From contig NC_045138.2 in the NCBI RefSeq assembly GCF_008831285.2, forward strand, positions 1,116,001 to 1,180,000: DNA of 64,000 nucleotides, in the 5' to 3' direction. Under the pieces are notes generated by a model. That model saw only the letters and a program-made list of their open reading frames with translations. It was not told the DNA's origin and did no database searches. Position numbers and translations under genes: made by a program. Below, in pieces: positions 50,799 to 64,000 of this stretch (position 1 is its first letter; each line of letters opens with the position of its first letter). Origin of the DNA: Nymphaea colorata. Its lineage: Eukaryota.

Positions 50799-52388
50799 GG
50801 CTATCAACAAACAAGACGACGGTTTAAAAAAATAATCAATACAAAACAAGAAAGGGTGAGAAGAAGAAGAAGATCATCATACATTGAGAAGCCGGCGCCG
50901 GGAGGGAAAGCGCAAGAACCTCCACCACAATATACAAGTATGAACAGGTGATACGGCCTAGGCGAAGTGGGATTAGGTAGCATTTCTTAAGACCTCAATG
51001 ACATTTCGGTCACTTTATGCTGAAACAGGCTTTAAGAACATCATTGTAATAGTCAAATCCACACTCAGTACTGCCTTTTTCCCATTGGAGGTCAATTTAA
51101 TTTTTTCTTTGTACATCTGTGTGTGTGTTGTATCACCTTGAGGCAATGGCAGTCTTCCCTTGTTCTGTATGGACGCTTGAGTGAAAGCCACTTTTTCTTT
51201 AACTTCACGGCAATGAAGTTCTTGAACTGGTTAAAGACATGATTCCATATAAAGGAAAAAACTATAGGGAAAATCTCACTGTTCACCAAAGAAGCTAAAA
51301 GTGTTAAGTATATCTCTACGGCCTGAAATACAACAGTTTGGCAAGGAGTTTGTGTTAGGCAAAGAAAAAGTGATCATATTCCAGGGCCTAGAGAGATATA
51401 CTTAACACTTTTAGCTCCTTTGGTGAACAGTGAGCTTTTCCCTTTAGTTTTTTGATTTATATGGAATCATGTCTTTAACCAGTTCAAGCACTTCATGGCC
51501 GTGAAGTTAATAAAAAAGTGGCTTTCACTAAAGCGTCCATACAGAACAAGGGAAGACTGCCATTGTCTCAATGTGATACAACACACACACAGATGTACAA
51601 AGAAAAAGTTAAATGGACGCTTGAGACAAAAAATAAAAAAAAAAATTGAGCACCAAAAATCTGCCACAGTGGTCTTTGCTTCCTGTGAATTTCTCACACG
51701 GTTAGATTAACATAATGGCAAAGTTCTTAAAGTTTGCTTGATTAACATAATGGCACAGGCTTATGGGTTCCGAGTCAGATTTTGGAGTCAACGTCTCAAA
51801 TTCAGTTTGGGTGTAGGAATATTACTGAATCCGGCCTTATTGCACACTGCTGGTCAGACCTAATGACCTCTAATGGGAGAAAGGCAGTACTGAGTGTGGA
51901 TTCGACTATTACAATGATGTTCTTAAAGCCTATTTCAGCATAAAGTGACTGAAATGTCATCGAGGTCTTAAGAAATGCTACCTAATCCCACTTCGCCTAG
52001 GCCGTGTCACCTGTGCATACTTGTATAGTATGTAAGGGGGCAGTTCGATCGCTGAGAGTCTGGCTTGAATAAAAGACGGGAGCAATGGGGGTGGAGGTTC
52101 TTGCGCTTTCCCTCCTGGCGCCGGCTTCTCAAATGTATGATGATCTTCTTCTTGTCACCCTTTCGTGTTTTGTGTTGAAATGTCATCTCTTTGCTGATTA
52201 ATCTCTTTTTCGGGCCTAGTTGCTTGCTCTTGCCATTCATCGTTGCTCCGGCGACTTTATTGTGTGTTTCCTAACTTTGGCTTAAACTTATTTTGATCTT
52301 GTTTGTTGATAGCCAGTTTGTGTTCCTTCATATCTTTTTCTAGCTTGATTCATTTCGTTATTGATTATTTTTTTAACCGTCGTCTTGT
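50799..52388. repeat. Inverted repeat, ~520 bp paired, short (~45-75 bp) loop, right arm with extra segments
   Basis: 51093-51317 pairs with 51393-51614, 50935-51094 with 51863-52027, and 50799-50928 with parts of 52090-52388. Confidence 0.9.
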
Positions 52389-53499
52389 AAGGCTGCCGGT
52401 GATAAGTGGAAACCGATGTCTGAATCTGCTAGTATTGACTGAGCGGCTTGCGCTCTCATTTTCTCAGAAATGGAAGCTGGAATGGCCCGTTGAGTATTTT
52501 TGTTCGATTTAATTTTCAATTGCGTTTGATTTTGTTTTTTCCAATTTCCATTTTTTTGCCCTAACTGATTGTTTAGCTTCTTATTTCTGATGATTTCTGC
52601 CAAAATTATGTCTTTTAATTCGATTTACTTCAGTTTATGTGTCCTATCTGGTTATAATACATGTTGCTTCTTTCAGGAGGAAGACGATGACTGAGAGCCG
52701 AAGAGAAGAATGGAAACATCACGTGAAATTGGCGATGATAAGTGATGCTGTGGTTTGACTTGTGGGAATTGAGCCAATGGGAACGAAATTCTCCATACTG
52801 TTTAGTTTTTCCTTTGCTCTCATTTCTTCGGCACGTTGAAGCTGCTGTTGGTTTCTGATTTTAGGCGATGAGTACGATCCTTTGCTTGCGGTCCTCTTCT
52901 GTCATCTCTATACTGATCACCTGACATCCTTCTAGTTTCTTATTCTATAATTAGCAAATTTTAATTCAAGTTGAAAATTTAGCTACAATTGCTGGTATAT
53001 CCGTTGGTGCACGAGAAAGCTTCTTCGTTCTTTTTTTTCTTTCGCTCTTTCTTCCTCTTAGTTTTGGGATTATTTGGTTTGAGAAAAGGGTGCAATTGTT
53101 TTGGAATGCGGTTCGTTTCCTCATCTTTCGTTCGATCATGAACCTCGTTTTGACATTTGATTTTCAGCAAGTCGGATGCTTCAATATCACATTGTCATTA
53201 GTTGTCGTTCTCCCTTTATATTTTTTTTTTGTTTCATTGGTTTTAAAAGTTACAATATGACTTCTTCTAAAAGAACATCAAGAGATATATTTAACAAATT
53301 CTGAAGAATATAAAGCAAATCATGATGATGTTAATGATAAGGTATAAAGGACAAGGGGAAAAAAAAAGTGAAGCACCAGGAGCATCACACTTTTCAATAA
53401 TTATATTTTGAACCACCATTTTCTGAGTTCATCATCATCTTGCACTTCTTCTTCTTTTACATTCAGATATCATAGACAGTCATATAAATAATCAGTACC

Positions 53500-55028
53500 T
53501 AGAAACACACGATTAGAGGATACTTTTAAAATATGTGATAATTTACAAGGAATGAGAAATTCATGCACTAAGCAACACCATGCACATAAAATTGTAAATA
53601 ATTGCATGGATACTAATGAAGAGGGAGTTTCTTTGGTTGGGAAGCATTGTGAAGGTGTGCATAAATAGGCAGGTTCCGGCCTGTTTGATAATAAAAAAAC
53701 ATTTTCTAATACATACTATCAAATTAAAAATTAATAAAAAAATTATTTTTTAAATATTATCGGGTTGACTCAGGCCTGGGCATGGCCCGATAGCCAAAAC
53801 CCATGCCCGTGCCATGGCTTGATAATAAAAAAAAATATTTTTCAAATTATATATTTTTTAATAGTATAATACAAATTATTAAATTAAAATTAATAGTAAA
53901 ATTTTGTTTAAATATTACCGGCTGACGGGGGTCCGGGCCCAGCCCGATAGTCGAAACCCAAGCCCAGGCCCAACCCAGCCCAGCTTGTTTGATAATAAAA
54001 AAAAATTATTTTTTTAATTATAAAATAATTTTTTAATAGTAAAATACATATTATTAAATTAAAAAATAATAAAATGTCCAACCTCCTTCTTTTTTGGTCC
54101 GTCCGAAGAGATGAAGAGAAAGATCTTTCCACTCATTCCACTACTATAAGCAAAAGTCACGGCATGGGGGGCTCATAATAAGAATGAAAATTGGTATCGT
54201 GGTTATCCCACATGAGAAAGTAGATTCTTTCTAGATGGAGTTCTTTACTGAGCTCGCGGTTTGGCGTGGCTTTTGGGAACGGGCTATCTTTGACAAGTTA
54301 AGCGTATTATTAATGATGCGGCTTGCCTACCTATCGACCGCCTCCACAACCGACGCCTCTTGTGCTACATCCCTTTCTATTGTTGTATAGTGTCAAAAAT
54401 TATTTTTTTAAATATTACCAAGATGGATCGACCCTGACCGGGCCGGGTTTTTCCTACCCGAACCTGGGCCTGACTGGGCCGGGTACCGGTTACCCGGTGG
54501 GGGCCCGGCCCGGTGCCCACCCCTGAAAACAATGGAGGAAACTTTTTTTTTTTTAACCATAATTTCAAGAGATAGTTTTTGTAAAATGTTGAATTGCTTA
54601 TGTAGTCACTCATGCAAATGGAAAACTAATTTCATTAGTGTGGGATCCAACACTTAGATGATCAGTACAACGGTTAACAGCACATATTTGTATTTGTTAC
54701 GGAATAGTGGTTTTTGTTTTTAAATTTGTGGAAAATAATGGTATGCTAGGAAGAAAATGCCTTAGCTGGTCCTGGTGTGCTATGATACTTTTTGACACCG
54801 TTCTAAGGGAGTTATTCTCTTAGTGGTCCTCTAGCGAGTTCAGAGATCCTACATAAAGGCGAAGGTGTTGGATATAATTTGCAACTCAAGCATCCATGTG
54901 CTTTTTCCTTTTACACTGTCAATGAACAAGTAGATTATCTTGTTTCAAATATCATATTCTTTTTTCTTTCTGAATCCCCTTTCTTAGTTTGCTTTAGGAA
55001 ATGCACGAGCTTGGATAGTGTTTTTGTT
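53500..55028 (+). repeat. ~1.5-kb direct segmental duplication, copy 1
   Basis: Colinear with 58294-59799; both end in CTTGGATAGTGTTTTTGTT. Confidence 0.88.
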
Positions 55029-55059
55029 AAAGAAGTTATTGAAATGGTGCTACAGTTGT

Positions 55060-55828
55060 AATATTTTTAGATGCATGAAGTTCCCCTAGTAAAGTTTTGT
55101 TAATAATTTATTATAATTAGAAGTTTGATTAGGTAGTTGTTCTGTTCCATTAATGCCAATGAAATTTTTCATGAAGTAGGTAAATACTATCATTTTTCTG
55201 TTCAAAAGTTGAATATTTTGTTCCTGTTAGATAGATGGTTTAGCTGAAACACTGCAAATGAATGCTAGCCCAAATTGTGTGGTTGATATTTGATGCTCAT
55301 TTCTTGAACAAATGATAGTAATCATGTTTCTGTCCTGATTCTTGTGATCTAGGTAGCCTTCAGTAGTTTACTGCTCAATGACTTCCTGAATTTACCTGTA
55401 TGCAGCAAACCATGGTTCACAATTGGCGTCAAACTTTTTTTCTGTTCACATAGGTTCCTTTCTAACTATGCCCAGATTGATGAGGGTATGAACTTTATGA
55501 AGTTGCTTGCTTATAAGCAGTGCCACTTTTTGAAAAAAATAAATAGAACTAATAGAGTGAGAATATTCACCGTTATAGATCTTTCCTCACGCCATAGTCA
55601 CTAACAGTAGTACAGATCCATACCGGTGATATTGTCACCGCTATAATATCCCATAACACAAATTCCAATTCACCGCCGATGTAGCAATAATCGTAGCAGT
55701 AAAAAAAAAACATCATTGCTAAAGACCTGAGTTACCGACCTGTACTTGTGGCTATAGTGGCCAAAACATGTATGACACTAAAAGAGTCCTGTTGACGGCA
55801 TTTTGCTACTTCAGTGGGTACATGGGTA
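55060..55828 (-). repeat. Inverted copy of 29775-30555
   Basis: CAGTGGGTACATGGGTA, CTAAAGACCTGA, TTCTTGAACAAATG and others match the reverse complement of the last array unit and its downstream DNA. Confidence 0.82.
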
Positions 55829-57633
55829 TATGGTGACATGGGTACCAGACTGGGTATGGCCATTTTAGAAAATTTAAATATTTTTTTTATTCAAATTTTT
55901 TACATGAGGTGTTGGATCCCATTGCTAATGAAATTAGTCTTCCATTTACATGAGTGACTAGTGAGCAATTCAGCATATCAAGTATGGTGGCAAATAATAA
56001 TCACAAGGTGCTGGTCGGTATTGATGCCGAAGGATGATTCACATTTTAGGTTCGTTTACAACTTATTCGTCCAACTTTTCGATATGTTCGGTATTGATGT
56101 GAACATATATATGAACAGTTATGCTAAGGCATTTTTTTCGGTATGTTACCTAATCAAACTTCTAATTATAATAAATTATTAACAAAACTTTACTAGGGGA
56201 AGTTCATGCATCTAAAAATATTATAACGGTAGCTGCATTTCAATAATTTTAGGTTTTGGTTATTCTAAATCATTCTTACAGGACATAATGGCCCAAAGTA
56301 CCTCAACTTTTTTGATGTTACGTTTTATGCTCGTGCCCTACACATCACCAATTGTGCCCTACACATCACCACTCTGTAAATAGATAAGAAGTTGTATACT
56401 TCTTCCAATTGTTTTTCCCCTTTGCGTGGAGAGAGCTGTTACAGAGAACTATTAACAAGTCTCTCCACGTAGGTGGGGGAAAACCTTTTCCCTTTTAAAG
56501 GGAACTATTAACAGTTCTTAATAGTTGAACTGAACTTGCAAAAGAGCTTCCACGTGGCAGCAATCCAACGGGTTCGAAAAATATTACTGGGCCGGCCAAA
56601 TAAGTTATCGGGCCAATCCGGGTGGCCCGACTAAGCCCGGTTTGGCTGGATTAGAATTTTTTAATATGATTTTTATTAATTTTTATACAATTATAATATT
56701 TTATTATCATTAATCATATATATATACATATATATATATATATTAACCGAGCCGTGCCAGGGCTTGGGTTTCAAGTGTTGGGCCGGCATGAGCCCACTCT
56801 TTATGAGGCCAGGAGCTAAACCGAGGCTCGTACAAGGTCTGCTTACATATTTGATTGAACAGTCAATACATTATGTTGTTATCTTAGATAAAAAAGAAAA
56901 AGAAATCAATTTCGCTTTTTTAATGTTTTTGCATCCATAAACAGAAGAAAATTGCATTAGCACACGCAGTCTAAATCTTGAATATATAAAATATTAAGTT
57001 CTCTATTTTCTCCAAATTTTTGGATCACTTATACTTTTCCCACTAATTTTCTTTTGTTTATTTATATATGGATAAATAAATGAGGCTGGTCCTGCCTATA
57101 TGTGGCTCCGCCACTGTTTATATATATATATATATATAAGGTGATCTATTGGAATGTATCATGTTTTTTTCAGTGTTTTTTTCTGTGATCATTGATTTTC
57201 ATTTCCTATGTAATGCATCTATATGAAATGTATACTAAATGTATACATGCATTCGGATTGAAGCTCTTAGTGACATATTTCTTCTAATTGTTTGTTAGAA
57301 TTTATCTATGTGCATATCACTTGTCAGCTATATATTGCAGACAGTAAATCTGTTTACAGGACTCAGCAGTCTTGCTAAGAACTCAGTTGATCTGGCTGTG
57401 TCTTGTCACTTGTCAGCTATTACATTGGTTTTTTTGGATCACCAGAGCACTAATTGAAGCGAACAACCTGCTTTAGTGGTTTAGACAAGTTTCACATGCA
57501 TGTGGCATGCTTATGCAGTTTGTAATTTTTTATTACACAAGTTTAGGCAACCTGGTTTAGAATTATGCAGAAAGCTTAACACATAGTTTTGTAAAATCTA
57601 CTGCTACTTTATTCTGTTGTGTAATTTCTGCAG

Positions 57634-57729
57634 GGATGTGCTTCTGTGGTTCTTCCTGGGCTTATTGTGGCACTAAAATTAGTTGGCAGATCCCTAGCTG
57701 AGCACACTTTTCTCCTCTTTCGTGCTGGT
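57634..57729 (+). pseudogene. NADP-ME: Orphan NADP-dependent malic enzyme exon fragment
   Basis: After the ...TTTCTGCAG acceptor it reads GCASVVLPGLIVALKLVGRSLAEHTFLLFRAG, matching the plant NADP-ME segment GTASVVLAGL..ALKLVGG.LA.HTFLFLGAG. Confidence 0.85.
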
Positions 57730-57825
57730 AACTACATATTAATGGAAATGTCTACATATTAATGGAAATGTCATTGGATATAAAATTTAACTTTCAACTT
57801 ACCTCACTATTAAGATGTCGAAACT

Positions 57826-58335
57826 GAGGATCTCTCAAAACACGTCTTTTAATGCAAACTCAGATCAAACACAACCTAAAAAAAAAGAACAAGATGAATG
57901 ATAGAGAGTTGATAATGAAATGAGAGGCAAGAAAGAATCACAAAAGAAGCATTGGTATAAAAGAAGAGAAAGTACGGAAAACGGTATGAGGTATCTCTCT
58001 CTCTCTCTCTATATTTTTATATATATGTTGCCTGGATTGGTCAAAGCTATTACTCGAGCTTCTATATATCTTTGCGATCTCTTTCATTGTACCTAGGAGT
58101 GAGATGTCTTTCTTTTTTAGGATGTATTTTTCAATAAAATTACATTACGTCAAAAAGAAAATATTGCCTCTTGCTGTATTATTTCTGGGAAAATGTGAGA
58201 TTTTGGAAGATAATTGTATCCATAAAAGATGTCATTTGATGACATTTTAGGATATTGTGGATGTGATAGTTCATTTTCAATAATAATGTGCATAGAAACA
58301 CACGATCAGAGGACTCTTTTAAGTTATGTGATAAT
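57826..58335 (+). repeat. Direct copy of 39905-40420
   Basis: Shared AACACGTCTTTTAATGCAA, AACGGTATGAGGT and GATAATTGTATCCATAAAAGATGTCATTTGATGA. Confidence 0.85.
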
Positions 58336-59799
58336 TTACAAGGAGAGATGAATTTATGCACTAGGCATCACCATGCACATAAACTTGTAAAATTAGATGG
58401 ATACTGATGAAGAGGGAGTTTCTTCGGTTACGAAGCATTGTGAATGTGTGCATAAATAGGCAGGTTCTGGCCGGTTTGATAATAAAAAATATTTTTTATT
58501 ACAAAATATTTTTTAAAATAGTAAAATACATATTATCAAATTAAAAGTTAATAAAAAAATAATTTTTTAAATATTATCGGGCAGACTCAGGCTCGGGCCC
58601 GGCCCGATAGCCAAAACCCAGGCCCATGCCTGGGCTTGATAATAAAAAAAATATTTTTTAAATTATAAATTTTTTTAATAGTATAATATAAATTATTAAA
58701 TTAAAATTAATAATATATTTTATTTAAATATTACCGGCTGACCGGGGTCCGAGCCCAGCCAGATAGCCGAAACCCAAGCCCAGGCCCAACCCAGCCCAGC
58801 TTGTTTGATAATCTAAAAAATATTTTTTAATTATAAAATAATTTTTTATAGTAAAATTCACATTATTAAATTAAAAATAATAAAATGTCCAGCCTAGTTC
58901 TTTCTCAGTCCGTCCGAAGAGATCTTTCCATTCATTCCACTACTATAAGCAGAAGTCACGGCATGGGGGACTCAGAATAAGAAAGAGAATTGGTATCGTG
59001 GTTATCCCACATGAGAAAGTAGATTCTTTCTAAATGGAGTTCTTTATTGAGCCTGCGCTTTGGCGTGGCTTCTGGGAATGGGTCATCTTTGACAAGTTAA
59101 GCGCATTATTAATGATGCGGCTTGCCTACCTATCGATCCCCTCCAGAACCGATGCCTCTTGTGCTACATCCCTTTCCATTGTTGTATAGTGTCAAAAATT
59201 ATTTTTTAAATATTACCAGGATGGATCGACCCTCGCAGGGACGGGTTTTTGCTGCCCGAACCAGGCCCGACTGGGCCAGCTACCGGTTACCCAGTGGGTG
59301 CCCAGCCCGGTGCCCACCCCTGGCAACAATGGAGGAAACCTTTTTTTTTTTAAAACCATAATTTCAAGAGATAGGTTTTTGTAAAATGCTGAATTGTTTA
59401 TGTAGTCACTCCTGCAAATGGAAAACTAATTTCATTAGTATGGGATCCAACACTTAGATCATCAGCAGAACGGTTAATAGCACATATTTGTATTTGTTAT
59501 GGAATAGTGGTTTTTGTTTTTAAATGTGTGGAAAATAATGCTATGCTAGGAAGAAAATGACTTAGCTGGTCCTGGTGTGCTATGATTCTCTTTGTGGTCC
59601 TCTTGCGAGTTCACTGATCCTACATAAAGGCGAAGGTGTTGGGTATAATTTGCAACTCAAGCATCCATGGGCTTTTTCCTTTTACACTGTCAAGGAACAA
59701 GTAGATTATCTTGTTTCAAATATCATATTCTTTTTTCTTTCTGAATCCCCTGTCTTAGTTTGCTTTAGGAAATGCACGAGCTTGGATAGTGTTTTTGTT
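58294..59799 (+). repeat. ~1.5-kb direct segmental duplication, copy 2
   Basis: Colinear with 53500-55028. Confidence 0.88.
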
Positions 59800-60074
59800 T
59801 TAGATACAATCCAACAAATCCAAATATGCGACGATCGATTAACATCCTCACTCATTGATCCTAACCTGCTTAATATTCAACCGATCCAAGTCAGATTTAG
59901 AAACTTAACAAGTATGGCTAAAAGAAGATGGTAGGTTTGTCTCAAACTATTTTGTCTACCACTAAGACGTGCGTTGGAAATTGAGAAGCCTAACTTTAGA
60001 AGGGCATCTCTTTTTTCTTTCGAAAGCGAGTTTTTCTTTAATAAAAATGTTGGAAAATCTATACTGCCTAGCCG

Positions 60075-60336
60075 GCCATTGGATTGCTGCCACGTGGAAG
60101 CTCTTTCTCAAGTTCAGTTAATCTATTACGAACTGTTAATAGTTCTCTTTAAAAGGAAAAGGGTTTTTCCCATTTGCGTGGAGAGAGTTGTTAATAGTTC
60201 TCTTTAACAACTCTCTACACGCAAAGGGGAAAAACAATTGGAAGAAGAATACAGCTTCTTATCTATTGGTGATGTGTAGGGCACGGGCATAAAATATAGC
60301 ATCAAAAAAGTTGAGGTACTTTGGCCCATTGTGTCC
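60075..60336 (-). repeat. Inverted copy of 56281-56570 containing a 73-nt stem-loop
   Basis: TTGGATTGCTGCCACGTGGAAGCTCTTT and GGTGATGTGTAGGGCAC match the reverse complement of 56281-56570. Confidence 0.85.
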
Positions 60337-61749
60337 GAAACCTAAAATAGTTGAAGAGGATCACAAAATGCGATCCAATTCTAATTTGGATGTTGAGGGT
60401 TGACTTTAAAAACATGCATAAACGTTCCAAATGGAGAACTCATTTGGATGTTGAGGGTTCTCCCCATTTTTTGTTTAGCTTTTCCTTTGTTGTTCAATTT
60501 GTGACAATAAGGCCTATCATCCCCTCAGCAAATTTAAGATCGAGACACCTAACCTTATTGCTTTCTACCTGGAAAATTTCCACGAGATTGTACAGTTAGT
60601 AAATTTTATCATCAGTTAACCATCATTATAAAGCTGTGCCCATGAATATATCATCTTGGGTCAATACTTGAACCAGTTTGACATTGATTATCAAAAACTT
60701 ATTAAACAAGAGTCCAACCAAGTCTTGAGCTTCGTTTATTTCTGATAGATAAATGAATTATCACCGATGCAGATTCAGATGTGAAATACATCTATGGGGC
60801 ATGGGACGACGACAGACTTGGTCCTGTTCTCCAACACTTCTGCTGATCAGTTTGATCGGGAACCTTGCGCATGATTTCAGTTTTTGATGAACGTACATGC
60901 CCCATAAATTTATGAAATTGGAAATCCTTAAGTTGTTTTGCAAGCTCCTTAATTGTGGTTTTTGATGTATAAATGAGAATCTGTTTTGCAACCCTTGTTT
61001 TTTGAATTTAAACATGTTTGGAATACTGTTTCTCAGATTTAGTTCTAGATGCATCTTGCATGATATTTTCATAAGAAAAGATCTAATTTTATTATTATGA
61101 ACCTTAACCAACTAACTAAATTATAATGTGGAATTAATTAGCTTAAGACAAAATGGATTTGATAATTCATACCACCATAGGGGAAATTGAATGAAATAAG
61201 ACGACTGCAATCTCTTAACTGTGCCACAGTTTTAATATTAATCTCTTTCTCTGTTATCTAAAACATGATAATACATTATTGTTGCCAACGGCGTAGATAC
61301 CAGAGCACAGGGATATATATATATATAATGATTGGTACATACCAAACCACTTGGGTAAGAAATAGAAACCATATAAACAGTAATTAAATATAAATCAGTT
61401 TATATATATATATATATATATCTATTGGTAGATACCAGACCACTTGAGTAAGAGATAAAAACCATATAAAAGCTAATTTAATATAAATCATGCTTTAGTT
61501 TAAGTATTTTTGTAAAAAAAATCTTTTTACTATCCAAGTTTTGATGTTGTATGAACAGTTCATTTTTTTATTATTAAAAACATTATGTAAGAAAAAAAAC
61601 TACTAACTTAAGGTATGTTTCTCATCAAATTACTCTTAAATCATATCCATAACCATAAGGTTAGATTGCAAAAAAATAATAATAATAACAATACTTGATT
61701 TTAAGGGGTCTGTTTTTTCCCTTTATCTAACTGGTCTAGTTCTTACCAG

Positions 61750-61818
<69 letters not shown>
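61750..61818. repeat. Compound (CT)n(AT)n microsatellite
   Basis: Direct reading. Confidence 0.95.
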
Positions 61819-61820
<2 letters not shown>

Positions 61821-64000
61821 CAACACAAATTTGATCCTAATAAAGCAACACCTGAATAGGCAGATCCACTTGGCTGTGTGGAAGTGCATGAATATGAAAT
61901 CAGATGAAGTTTGAAATGGGTTGGATCAGCCACAGCTAAATGAATAGGGATTGAAAATGACAAGACCTCAAACGAGATGTGACTTATTTGCAGCCCATCT
62001 TATTGGCTGGAACGAAGCATGTACTAGCTGCAGAGAGGTCGATTCTATTCATTAACTACATATATTTTTTCTTTTTTATTGAGTAGGAGGTTGACAATTT
62101 ATTAAGATTGGGACGTCGTGGGTTACCTGATACTCCGCCTAGGTTGGGTTCGAGCAGCCTTAAAAAAAAAATGGCACCCGGTCAGCTGGAAATGTTATGG
62201 GACTGGGCCAGATGGGCTCAATAATAAATTTTAAAGTATATTTTATTATTTTTAATATATAATTATTTTATTATACTTTTAATATTTATATATGATTTTA
62301 TATTAAAATATTTATTTTATAATTTAAATTGATTGGGCCGGACCGGAGCTGGGGCCTGAATTTTAGGCATCAGGCCAGGATTGGGCCCGACTTACAATTT
62401 GTCTTTTAAAAGAAAGAAAAAAGACTTGGATATCGAGTCCAAATTGGAAAGAAAATCATATAACAAATCCAAATCCAATTTACTAATCAAATCTAAATTT
62501 TTCTTACAAAAGCTTAAACTAGTTGAATCTGAAAATGAATCAAACATTAGATTATGCACCATCGACATCCCTAGTGTTTTTATTGTGAAACTCAGCCACC
62601 CAAAGAGGAATTAAAATTTTGTATTAGTTCTACATGGATCGGATTCAAATCCAGTATGCTACTTTGAACACTGAAGGTTTGTTACTGATTGCTTTGAGTG
62701 AAATATCTTGTTATTTTATGAAAAGTTAGAGTTAAGGAGGAAATCATTTGTTTGGTGCATTTTTGAGGTGCATTTTTTCTTTTTAAAACGCTTGTAAACA
62801 TCTTAGGAAAGGAAAAAAAAAATTCTTTTTTGCACCAAGAATTTCAAATATAGTTTACTCTGTTATTATGATTATTTACACCATTGGTATCACAAGTTGT
62901 CTATTTCAGCTCCATGGATTTGGGTCTATACATAATTTTGATATTGTTACCCAATGCTTTTATGCACCCATGTAAATTGAGATTAGATTTTGTTATTCTA
63001 CATTCAATACAAATTAATCGTATATATATATATATATATTAAATTAAGTCATCACAAAACCAATCTCCAAAAAATAACTCAGTGAGCAAATTGAATTTAG
63101 ATTTGGGCTATCTAGATCTAATACAAATTAATTTTAGATTCATTTTCCAAATTCAAAACATGGAAAAACCATGTTATTATCATCCAAACGGTATTAAGCA
63201 TGCAAAAGTCTAGAAAACTAAGTTTTAGCCTGCCATCCAAACATCCAAAAACTAAATTTCCAGAACCAAATTGAAACTGAGTTACAAACAAACCCGTTTT
63301 CTATCCTTGTCATCCAAATTATACCCAAATCTCTTCTCCACTAACAGTAGCAATATGCAGTGGGTCTCATCCCCATGGACAACAACATCAACAAGTTTGG
63401 TAAGAAGATGAAACCTTTTAGCATCATGTTTGATAATTCATCAACAAGTTTGGGGCAAATTCATGAGACACTTGCAGAACTTAAGTTACATTATCTGTTA
63501 CATTATCATCAAAAGTTGGCTCATATTAGGAAAATAAAAATGTGGAGCCCATTTTTTGAACTTAAGTCTAAGAGTTGGGTCCCTAGGTGGAAATTTCCCG
63601 ATCATTCTCTTGAACATATGTCATTTTTCTTGGCTGAGCAATCCCTAGGTTTTGGTGATTTCCTTCATTTTCATCTCTTTGATCATAATCCGGTTTCCTT
63701 GATTTTTAGATCTCTGCCTTTTCTTTTTCATTGTTTTCATTCCAAATCCCTGGATCATGATGACTCCAAATATTGCCCCACATTGTTTGAATGAAGGATC
63801 AATGCTTGACCCTTGTTATGATGGGTAGTGAACAGTAATCAATGCAAGCATCAGTTTGGTTTCCAATAACACATAACAGTTCCAATTACTCAATACCATG
63901 TCATGAATAGAAAACAACTCTCACTCCCACTTTCCGCACATCATGCACGTGCATGCATGTACATGTACATATAAATATGTGCATACTTGCATATACACAT

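Noticed and set aside
63360..63794. 144-aa + strand ORF
   Set aside because: GTG start and no recognisable family; only a vague F-box/LRR-like hint on the minus strand.

Overview
Plant (angiosperm-like) nuclear DNA from a transposon-rich CC-NB-LRR resistance-gene cluster. It holds one intact single-exon CNL (20291-23101, -), a CNL with a broken N-terminus running off the left edge, and a truncated CNL pseudogene (31937-32951). A degenerate Ty1/copia element (~8157-19289, -) is split inside its protease by a full-length L1-type LINE (11720-17887) that has an 11-bp TSD but no poly(A) tail. Other elements are a deleted hAT transposon with a perfect TSD (45206-48228), several hAT-type MITEs, two solo LTRs and a 6-unit MITE+flank tandem array. 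The most unusual feature is the right half, with four long inverted repeats in about 22 kb. These include a near-spacerless ~2.6-kb palindrome centred on a (GA)n/(TC)n microsatellite and carrying head-to-head DUF4408-like genes, and a hairpin built from an F-box first exon. They are followed by a patchwork of direct and inverted segment copies and an orphan NADP-malic enzyme exon. This could be a hairpin-RNA / proto-MIRNA nursery beside miR482-type-targetable NLRs, but that is inference and needs small-RNA data. All alignments and counts were done by eye.
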